Below, one piece after another: positions 50,301 to 61,015 of a DNA stretch of 64,000 bases. The position numbers were made by a program, and so were the translations under genes. Position 1 is the first letter of the stretch, and each line of letters begins with the position of its first letter. The notes beneath the pieces were generated by a model. It did no database searches. It was given only the letters and a program-made list of their open reading frames with translations, and was not told the DNA's origin. Source of the DNA: Mytilus californianus (taxonomy: Eukaryota); contig NW_026262679.1 of the NCBI RefSeq assembly GCF_021869535.1, positions 69,750,001-69,814,000 on the forward strand, given 5' to 3'.

Positions 50301-52077
50301 AATAATAGTGCAGTGCAAGTGCATGGTGGACACTCTTCTGTAATAATTCGATTTTTCTAATAGATTGGATTTGAGCAGGCATTCATATTTTCCCGCAAAA
50401 CGTTCTTGAGATATTCTTCCGCATGCGTTAACACAATTTTTCTGTACGTGTGCATAGATATTAATGATTTTTTACTTATATATATATTTCTAACGTCAAA
50501 ACATTTTCATATTATTAATTTATGTTCTAAGAACAATATTTTTTATGAGTATTCATTGAAGAAATGAATTTATAACAAGCTATAAGGAATGTATTTTTGC
50601 ACTCGATAATGTCCGCGTATTTATAGATCGGTTACCAGTCAAAAACGAAAGTTACGTAAGTAAAAATCACTGTGGCAACAATACATCGGAATCAATGCCA
50701 TCACGGTCATCGCGATGTAAAAAGGAAAATTAGAAATAGACAACAGCAAGTCGTCTATTTTGCCGTATTGAATTTCCCGTGTGAAACTGAAATGTCAAAA
50801 TCTTGAACAAGACAATTACTTAGTATTGTTGTTTATATTGAATTTATCTAAAATCTGTTCGCCTAGTAAATTTTTGGTTATAATTAGAGAATTCTTGATT
50901 ATTTTGAACAAAAGTATCATCCTGTTAACGGTAACAAGTGATTATTTTTTCTTCAATTAAATGAAATTTAGACGGATCTTTTCTGAGTTGGCCATAAACT
51001 CCGATTAATTACAATACAGGAACAAGTCTGCTATTAATTGCCGAAAGGTATACTAGATGGTGTCAATAAGAAAATTTACAGTTTTAACCATCTTATCACA
51101 GCTTCAGTAAGTACATCTAGCATATCTACCTTTTTCATTACAGAAGAAAGCTACAAATAAGTAGCAGCAAAAATTTGTTTAAATAAGAAACTTTTATTTG
51201 ATAAGTTTGTGTGGAAGTGTACTGTGGTGTAAAAAGTTATAATTGTTCAAATAGAAAAAAAAAACACCAAAGCACGAACGTTTTATTATCCAACGATCTA
51301 TTACCATTCTAAAATAATTAATTTCATTATTGTCATCGGCTATTATTTTTAGGGTACTACTATTTTTTTTGGGGAGTCATAAACTATGATAAGGATCTTC
51401 ATCTGTTACTTACTTGTACATCTTTGGCGTTCAAATATTCTGCGTTGAGCGTTCCTTGACGAAGGCAAATCCAGAAAAGCACTTCGGGGCTTACAGTTTG
51501 TCATTTTTCATTTTCTAATAAGTATTTCAATTGTTAATTGTTTACAAGTTGAATTAAAGGACAGACAGATTACTTGTTGATCATTTACTGGTAGTCGGGA
51601 TGAAAAGATATTTGACATTTTTCAGTATTAAGTAGCAAATAAATAGTAGGGAAGTACTTGGATTTTTTTTTCTTATCTAGAAATATGCTTTTTATTAAGC
51701 CGTTTAATAATTTCTAAACTATTTTCAATAAACAATTTTTCAGTTTAGCATGGTTTTTATGTTCTTTATCTCCTGCGCGCTAGTAATTAATGTTGATTTT
51801 CTATCAAATCTATCTTTTTTTCTAATTTGCCAATAATGAAACAGTGTGTCAGGCAACAACTAGTGTGCATAGTTGTCGATTATTTCAGACTTCCGTTACC
51901 ACTAGATGCCTTTTGATTTTTTTTACAAGACTCTAGTACTTTAATAATACTTTGTAATACATCATTTCTAATAAAGAAATATTTAACGTGTATTTGTTCA
52001 TGACGCAAGCGCTGCTGGATCAATTTAATGATTCGAAGTTACATTTTAAGATCTTCATAAAAAAAATAAGGAAATCT

Positions 52078-52460
52078 AATTGTAAGGTCTACAACAATGA
52101 GCAAAACTCATATCGTATAGTCAGCTACAAAAGAATTGTGAAACAGTTCAAACAAAAAAACAACAGCCTAATTTATAACAAAACAATCAAAGAAAAACAG
52201 ATATGACAGACAGTAACCAACGACAATAACTGAATTGTAGGCTCCTGACTTGGGACAGACACAGGAAATGTAATTGTAAGGTCTACAACAATGAGCAAAA
52301 CTCATATCGTATAGTCAGCTACAAAAGACCTGTGAAACAGTTCAAACAAAAAAACAACAGCCTAATTTATAACAAAACAATCAAAGAAAAACAGATATGG
52401 CAGACAGTAACCAACGACAATAACTGAATTGTAGGCTCCTGACTTGGGACAGACACATAC
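52078..52460 (+). repeat. 194-bp tandem duplication of a dispersed-repeat fragment
   Basis: AATTGTAAGGTCTAC starts at 52078 and 52272; units nearly identical. Confidence 0.9.
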
Positions 52461-54955
52461 CGAATTTGTCTATTTTTACTGAAGAGTTAAATTATATAAC
52501 TATATAATCCGTATACTTCAGATTTTAAATATTTTCTTTGTTTTATTTTTCACGCAGTTGACCAGACTCACGCGATTACTGTATGCCATATGCTAAAGAC
52601 ACTTGCTTATTGTTTAAGAATCCTTTACTTTGGCCATGCATTCGGTTAAATAGATAAAAACCGAACGTAACGATATGTTTGAAAGCTAATTTCAAATTAA
52701 ATTCAATCATTTTGAAATATTAATCATTATAGATGACTTACATATGGAAAGTAAGTATCCTCTCTTCGTGAAAGTCATGTTTGGAACGTTGTTCATCATA
52801 AATGGTAAAAAAAATGATGTAATATAGATATTTAGTTATGAAAATTATATAGCATTAAGTTTGAAAAATTCCCAAATGTTTTGCATAACTATTCAATTGA
52901 TTGCTATTTAACTACGATAAAAAAATACGAAGGGAGTTTAGCAAGATGTATTGACAAATCTTGTTATATGAAAAAAAAAGACCTTAGGGTATTTTAAAAG
53001 TATGAGTGGTTAATTCACACGGAAGAAAATATGGCCATCTTCGTAAAGAATTAACCAATAAAAGTTAAGCCTCAATAGACATCGTCCTTTTGCTACATTT
53101 ATTACCTACATTCATCGATTGATTATTTGCGGCAGGTAATTGCGACCCGTTTGTAATTGATTAAAAGTACAAGGATATACATGTATCTACGGTAATTGTT
53201 AACATCGCGAGAACCACATCTGAAACATTTATGGAGGTGTTAAAAAGTACAAGCATTACCAAAATTTTTTTATTGTGATTCGGGTGATAAAAATAACGGT
53301 AATGCATGCTTAAAGGTTTTATTTATGGTTTATTTTTAATTATCACTTTACGCATTAGCGCAATATGGTAATACCGAGAATGGCTTTTAGCGACTATTTT
53401 TATTATTAATTCTACTCTTTGTCAATACAAACAAATAAAAAAGAAACTTCCAATCCAATTTTTCAGGTCCTTTATATAAAAAATGATTAGCAAAATTAGT
53501 GTTTCTCTGATCTGTTGTATATGTCACATCTTTTATTAACATTTATGAATAAGTTTGTTTTGTATATTCTTTGATCGACTGAAGAATAATAAAATTGATA
53601 CCAGAGCTTACAATAATAACTTATGCAACAATCAGTGAAAGAGCCATAGATTAATTCAGCTAACATAAGAAGGAAATGCAAGGAAATCTATTGAAAGTTC
53701 TATATTTTGATGCGTTTTAAACATCAGTCCAAAAATATGGTTCTGTTTCCTGCCTCTCCGTCTAGTCTTAATTTTCTTGTCCATGCCATAACACACTTTA
53801 TGGACATCTTTGGGTAATTTGCCGTTAAAGTCCAGAACATTTCCTTTCCATTCTATGTAAAAACATTTTTTTTTAGATAAAATTAGTTTACCTACCTACA
53901 ATAACCATTGGTAAAGATGATAATAACAATAGTACTTTAGTACTTTTATTATACATTTCATATCATAATCATATTCACACTTTTCAATGATGATATAAAC
54001 TTTATTAACCTTAAAATTAACGTAATTATATTTTTAATATTATGTGTCCTTGAGATAAGAGGATATCTTCTTACTGGACTTTTTGTGGTGTGTTATCTGA
54101 GTGTTTACAAACATAATATTTTGATAGATAATATCTCTTTGAGATAAAAATTACATAAAGATTTGCCCCTTTCTTTATTTTTTTCAAACAATTATTTCTC
54201 CTAAACGTTTGATACTTTCGGACTTCCTATATGAAATGATGGTTTGATTGCCAATGAGACTAATTTCCATCAGAGTCCAAATGACGTGGATTCAAGCAAC
54301 TTTATGTCACCATGCGGCCTTCAACGTGGGCAAAACACATAGCGTATAGTGAGCTATAAAAGGTCCCGACATGGTAAAATATGAAATAACAAACCAACAA
54401 CATGATTTAAGAAAAAAGATCAAACGAAAAACAAAAATGACAGACAACAACCACAGCAACCACTGAATTACAGGCTCGTGACTTGATAAAGACACTTTAA
54501 ATGTGATAACCGAGTGAGCGCTCAACCTTCCCCAACATGGGGAGTGTTGTAACAGCACTACAATAATACAAACTGTAAAAAGTTGTTGAAAATGGATTTA
54601 CTTATCAGATTGGTATTAACCACAAGAAACAACTAACGTAAGGAAAAAACTAGTACAAAGGAACTAGCAAACTAAATTATATCGTGTTCACACTATGAAA
54701 TCTGCTCCCGGGATAGTTAATTCGAATTAATTACCCCAGTTCAACTTCATAAAAAATTAACCCATTTTGGTGTTTTCTCTCTAAAAAAAAATCGAAATGT
54801 ATCCGCCAAAATTGTATCCCGCATCTGTCCATTGTACTTGTTTACATTGTTTGAATTACAGTTGCATTATTTCAAAATCTGGATTTTTTTCCCCGCACAC
54901 CTGACCACTTCGGAGGAAATTTGCATCAACCACTCGCCTTGTCGTGTTTGCGAAT

Positions 54956-55478
54956 GAATGTAGGACAGAAAGTCACAGGACAAAAAGTCACAGACAAAAA
55001 GTCACGGATAAAAAGTCACAGGACAAAAAGTCACAATTTAGTTTTGAGATTATTTTTCCTTGAAAAAGAAAACACTTATTTAAAAAAAAACATATTTGTA
55101 TTTTTCTTGAACTTTAATATAAACATCAACTTTGTAATTAAGATTTATTTAATAAATATCAATAATGATCAAATAATTGTTAAGAAAACAAAATGTCAAA
55201 GGGGGTTGGTACTTAAACGGCTTCATGGTGCCAAGAAATATATCCTTTGCATGATTAAAATTTAATAAATTTTCATTTATCAAGGCTAATGAACAATTTC
55301 CTAAACTGTCAAATGAATATATGTAATAAAAAGTAAATATTTCAAGATCTTTCTCTAATATATTCAAACAATTGTCAACAAATTATTTGTGACTTTTTGT
55401 CCTGTGACTTTTTGTCCTATCAAATTTGCGACTTTATGTCCTGTGACTTTTTGTCCTGTGACTTTCTGTCCGTTTACC
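54956..55478. mobile_element. Mutator-like (MULE) MITE, 523 bp, 9-bp TSD
   Basis: TTTGCGAAT at 54947-54955 and 55479-55487; both arms are built of inverted arrays of GGACAAAAAGTCACA. Confidence 0.85.
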
Positions 55479-56240
55479 TTTGCGAATAACGTCACAGTAC
55501 ACAAATTGCACCCATTTTGCAAAATAAAAGCGCAACGGAAATCTAATAGGTTTTCTTTATAGGGACTAAACAATTCGTTTTTTCATCATTTGTCATTTTG
55601 CAGATCTTTCAGCATAGCTATATATACTTTAAGATACACAAAACGATCATATCAAATCAAGAGATGAAGTCTCCAATGAAGAAGTAAAATTTATGGAAAA
55701 TCCACAAAAAGTCGACATTTAAAATGAGCAATTATAATATGTCCCAAGCAATCATTTCTTTAAAAAAAAGACATAAAGCATGGAATATTATCAAATTGTT
55801 CTAAAAAGTGTGAAAAAAATTGAAATAAAAATTGTGTAAACTTAAAGCATGTTTGAAACTCATAACAGAATCTTGGCTCGTGGGAAGGTCGGTTCAAAAC
55901 CATTTGCCATGATTCATTATGAATTCAAAATTAAACTTGTGAAACCGTTTATAACAAATAAGTCCGGGATACATCTACAAAAAACAGGATGGAAACTGAT
56001 GTGTGTTTCTAAAATAAACGAAGGTGAAAAGAGTGTCAAAATAAGTGCAATTTGGGTACCCTCACGTAAGTTGAATTAATTTCACTACCATGCATATTAG
56101 AGAAAAAAATCGTAATAGACATGTTAAAAAGTAAAAACAACTGTCAAAATAGGTTCATTTTGGGTATTCCAACGTTAAATGGGTATTCTGAGTGGAGGAG
56201 TAAAGTTCCTCCTGTGTCTTGTTTTCTATCCCAATATAGA

Positions 56241-56470
56241 TGTTATAAAGTTCACCGCACTTTATTACCGTATCATCTGTTACAGTAATTATAATTAACA
56301 GATCAGCAACTCTCACATGTCTGCACGTTCTTAAATAAACATAATTAAATAGATCAATTGAAGTTCTTATACACATGTTGTCATTCTGTAGTCTGACCAT
56401 CAAACGATGTACTTGTTAATAAATTAGTTATAGAAACTGGATTGTATTATTATATAGCAAATATATTACA
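56241..56470 (+). repeat. 5' LTR (230 bp)
   Basis: TGTTATA...TATTACA; 226/230 identical to the 3' LTR. Confidence 0.95.
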
Positions 56471-56475
56471 CATTT

Positions 56476-56486
56476 TGGCGACGAGG
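56476..56486 (+). other. Primer-binding site TGGCGACGAGG, complementary to the 3' end of tRNA-Ser(GCU)
   Basis: Lies 5 nt after the 5' LTR; eukaryotic tRNA-Ser(GCU) ends ...CCUCGUCGCCA (recalled). Confidence 0.8.
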
Positions 56487-56531
56487 AAAAAAACTGAATA
56501 TTAAAATAAATGTGAATTTCTACACGTAACA

Positions 56532-59500
56532 ATGCCGACTTACGGGAAATTAGACTCTTTTGATGAATCCGAAGATTGGACACAATATGTAGAACGTATG
56601 TAACATTATTTTAATGCTAATGAGATAGACGAAGAAGACCAGAAAAGGGATATTTTCTTAAGTGTATGTGGGAAGAATACCTACAAATTAATAAGGGATT
56701 TATTAGCACCAGCCAAACCAGGAACGAAATCACTGGCCGATTTAACCAAACTAGTGAAAGACCACCGAGATCCAGTACCATCAGAAATTATTCAAAGATT
56801 TAAATTAGTAGAACAAGACACAGCGATGAGTCAGTGAGGACATTTATTGCAGCACTAAGAAGTCTGACAGAACACTGTAATTATGGTGACACGTTAAACG
56901 CGATGTTACGAGACAGGTTAGTCGTCGGAATAAAGAGTGACCGCATACAGAGGAGGCTGTTAGCAGAGCCGAATTCAACTTTTGACAAGGCATTGGAAAT
57001 TGCTACCGCTATGGAGACTGCTGAGAAGAACGCACAAGATATCCAAGCGAGTGGGACAAATGCAACAATTCAGAAAGAAGTCAACAAAGTTTCAAAATCC
57101 TACACGAGAAACAACTCTGGAAATTCGGAACAAGGAGATTGTTACCGGTGTGGAGGAAATCACCTAGCCGCCGATTGCAGATTTAAGGAGGCAAAATGTC
57201 ACAGTTGTAAAAAGAAAGGACATATAGCAATAAAAATGCCGTCACAAATCTGGCAATGGGAATTTAAGTGAAAATCACAGAGAGTTTAAATCACGTTTTA
57301 AACCACGTGCTCATTTCATCGAGCAGGATGAAAGTAGCGAAAGTGTAAGTGAAAATGAAGTTTACTCAGTTTTTCATTTTGGAAATAAATCTAATGAGGC
57401 ATATAAAGTGCAAATCAATGTGAATGAATGTGAAATAGCCATGGAGATAGATACCGGAGCGTCAGTTTCTATCATGAGCGAGGATACTTACAAGGAATAC
57501 AAGTCTAAATTCAGAATCGAACCGACAAGTGCTAAACTCCGAACATACATGGGAGAGCAGATTCCTGTAATAGGACGTGCAATCGTCAATGTCAATTACA
57601 AGAAGGAAAGCGCAAAATTGCCAATACATGAATTTACTTGGCCGAGACTGGTTGAACACACTCCAACTGGATTGGAAGGATATTTTCTCCGTCGTTGGAA
57701 GTGATAATCAATCGAGTGATTTAAATGTGATCTTGGAAGCAAATAAGGAAGTTTTCAAAGATGAAACTGGAACTGTAAAAGACATGAAAGCCAAGATTTA
57801 TGTTGATGAGAGTGCCGTACCGAAATATTTCAAGGCTCACCCTTTGCCGTATGCGTTGAAGGATAAAGTGGAGATGGAACTTGAACGTCTTGAGAAGGAG
57901 GGTCAAATTCAGCAAGTGGAATTTTCCGACTGGGCCGCTCCAATAGTACCTGTAGTTAAGGAGAACGGATCTATTAGAATTTGTGGTGACTACAAGGTAA
58001 CCGTTAATGCCGTTTCGAAGTTGGATAATTATCCGATTCCTAAAACTGAGGATTTATACGCAACGCTTGGAGGAGGACAAGAATATACAAAATTGGATTT
58101 AAATCAAGCATACCAACAAATTGAATTTGATGAGGACAGTAAAAGGTATGTGACTATAAACACGCATAAGGGTTTATTCAGGTACAATAAACTTCCGTAT
58201 GGTGTAGCGTCCAGCTCAGGTATTTTCCAGAGAACACTTGAAAATGTTGTTCAAGATATCTCCAATGTTTTGGTTCGAGTAGATGATATACTGATAACGG
58301 GTAAAACAAGTGAGGAACATCTAAGTACTCTTTCTGAGGTTTTGTCTAGATTCAAGAGAATAGGAATTCGGTTAAAGAGACAGAAGTGTGTGTTTATGGC
58401 CGAAGAAGTTGTTTATCTGGGATTTAAAATAAACAAACACGGAATCTATCCAGTGAAGAGAAAAGTTGAGGCGATAGATAAAGCCCCAAGTCCGACAAAC
58501 GTGACAGAATTGAAAGCTTATCTGGGAATGTTGAACTATTACAATAGATTCTTACCAAATTTGTCTCACTTGTTAAAGCCGCTACATGTACTTCTACAGA
58601 AAGACACAAAATGGAGTTGGGGAAAAGAACAGGAAAATGCGTTCATAGAGTCAAAACAGCTGTTGAAATCCGCATCAGTGCTTGTACATTTCGATCCGAA
58701 AAAGACATTAATCTTAGCATGTGATGCATCTCCGTATGGAGTCGGGGCCGTACTTTCGCATAAAATGGACGACGGCAGTGACAAACCAATAGCTTATACA
58801 TCTCGAACACTTACATCAGCAGAGAAGAATTATTCCGTTCTTGAAAAGGAAAGTCTGGCCATAATATTTGGTATCAAGAAATTTCATCAATATTTGTATG
58901 GACACCCCGTTACAATCATAACCGATCACAAGCCGCTTATAGGTTTATTTCGAGAAGATAAATACCGACAATGGCCGCATCTCGAATTCAAAGGTGGGCA
59001 CTGACTTTAGCTGCATATGAGTACACGATTGTATACAAAGAAGGGAGTCTGAATGGTAATGCGGATGGACTAAGTAGACTACCGCTGAAAACAAACATTG
59101 AAAAGACGCCAACGCCAGGTGATACTATATTATTAATGGAACATTTAGCCACTACGCCAGTTGATGCTAAACAAATTCAAAAGTGAACACGCAAGGACAC
59201 AATACTGTCTATGGTGCTTAGATACATTTTGAATGGATGGCCGTCAAAATGTCCCAGTGAAGACATAAGACCGTATTATAGTAGAAAAAATGAACTGTGT
59301 AGTCAGGACGGATGCATATTGTGGGGAGGAAGAGTAATTATACCACAACCAGGACGTGAGGCCATGTTAAATGAATTACACCAAGGACATCCAGGGATTA
59401 CTAGAATGAAAAGTCTAGGAAGAAGCTATATATGGTGGCCGGGAATGGACAATGACTTGGAATTAACTGTAGTAAACTGTTACAGTTGTCAGGAAAACCG

Positions 59501-60467
59501 AAAATTACCAGCAGAAGCACCGTTACATCCCTGGGAATATCCGAGCCATCCGTGGTCAAGAATACATATAGACTTTGCAGGACCATTCATGAACAAATCA
59601 TTTCTAATTATGGTTGATGCGTATTCAAAAATGAGTAGACACACACGTCATGAATTCTACAACATCCGAGGCTTCGATTGCAAAACTTCAACAAACGTTT
59701 GCAACACATGGATTATGTGATCTCATTATTAGTGATAATGGAGCCGCATTTACTAGTAAGGAATTCGCCGATTATGTGAAATTAAATGGAATTGAACATC
59801 GCACTTCCGCGCCGTGGCATCCAGCTAGTAATGGTTTTGCTGAACGAGCAGTTCAGAGTTTCAAAGAAGGTATCAAAAAATCAAAGAAGGAACTGTCCAG
59901 GAAAAGTTGAAACGTTTTCTTTTCAACTACCGTATAACGCCACAAACAACGAAAGGATTGGCACCATCAGAATTGCTGATGAAAAGGAAATTCAAGTCAC
60001 GTCTAGATTTATTTTTTCCAAATATCGAGAAGCGAGTTCAGGAGAGACAACAAAAACAAAAACATTATCACGACAAGAAATCTGTGAACAGACAAATTAA
60101 TGTAGGACAGGGAGTATTTACCCGAAATTTCGCCATTGGTTCAAAGATTAAATGGATTCAGGGAGAAGTTCTTAAACAATCAGGACCACTTTCATTTCAT
60201 ATCAAATTGCCAGATGGACGTGTCATTCGTAGACATATTGATCACATCAGAGTACGAAACTTTGATTGCACAAACAACGAAAATGAAGAAAAATGTGACA
60301 ATGACAGTGAATTGTTTGAGCCAGAAATAACTATACCGATAAGTACTCCTGAGACCGAACAACCGCAAATCGAGAAACCGTCAAACATGACTGAACAAAT
60401 GGAACCACGCTATCCGAAGAGAATAAGAAAAGAACCATCACATTTTAAGGATTTTGTGTTGAATTAA
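56532..60467 (+). pseudogene. Disrupted gag-pol polyprotein
   Basis: ATG at 56532 (MPTYGKLDSFDESEDWTQYVERM*), premature TAA at 56601, TGA at 59184, and frameshifts near 56805, 57235, 57630, 58965, 59635 and 59895; fragments appear as ORFs 56834.., 57408.., 57577.., 58971.., 59211.., 59650.., 59907.. Confidence 0.92.
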
Positions 60468-60785
60468 ATTGTTGATTTATAAAGAGGCATAATAATCCTC
60501 ACAACCGTTTGAAGTGCATTAAGTACTTCGCAGTGCATGTGTGTACATATCATTTAGTGTAAGAAATAACAACAAGACCAGTGCGAACATTTTTATTTTA
60601 TTTTCTTAGTAGGACATTATAGTTTCAGTGCAGACAAACTTTAACGAATGAATCTTTGTGATCTGACATTTTTATTTGTTTTCAAACTGATATGGACTTA
60701 TCAATCAGTAGCCCGTGAAAAGACATTAATTTTCTGTAATTGAGTTAATTTGTTTTTAATTTGTTTTTATCTAAGGCCGGAGAAG

Positions 60786-61015
60786 TGTTATAAAGTTCCC
60801 CGCACTTTATTACCGTATCATCTGTAACAGTGATTATAATTGACAGATCAGCAACTCTCACATGTCTGCACGTTCTTAAATAAACATAATTAAATAGATC
60901 AATTGAAGTTCTTATACACATGTTGTCATTCTGTAGTCTGACCATCAAACGATGTACTTGTTAATAAATTAGTTATAGAAACTGGATTGTATTATTATAT
61001 AGCAAATATATTACA
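60786..61015 (+). repeat. 3' LTR (230 bp)
   Basis: Preceded by purine tract AAGGCCGGAGAAG (60773-60785). Confidence 0.95.

Larger units (their letters stand above)
56241..61015 (+). mobile_element. Ty3/Gypsy LTR retrotransposon, Mag-like, near full length, coding region degraded
   Basis: 230-bp LTRs 56241-56470 and 60786-61015 (TG...CA), PBS, PPT. Domain order gag (two Cys/His knuckles CYRCGGNHLAADC, CHSCKKKGHI), PR (IDTGAS), RT, RNase H (CDASPYGVGAVL...TDHKPL), integrase (HQGHPG, IHIDFAGP, SDNG). Confidence 0.97.

Noticed and set aside
54921-55573. ORFs containing GQKVT repeats
   Set aside because: Translations of the MULE-like MITE arm repeats.
56155-56403. Paired ORFs MMVRLQNDNMCIRT... 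(also 60745..60948)
   Set aside because: Antisense frames in the two LTRs; identity is due to the LTR duplication.
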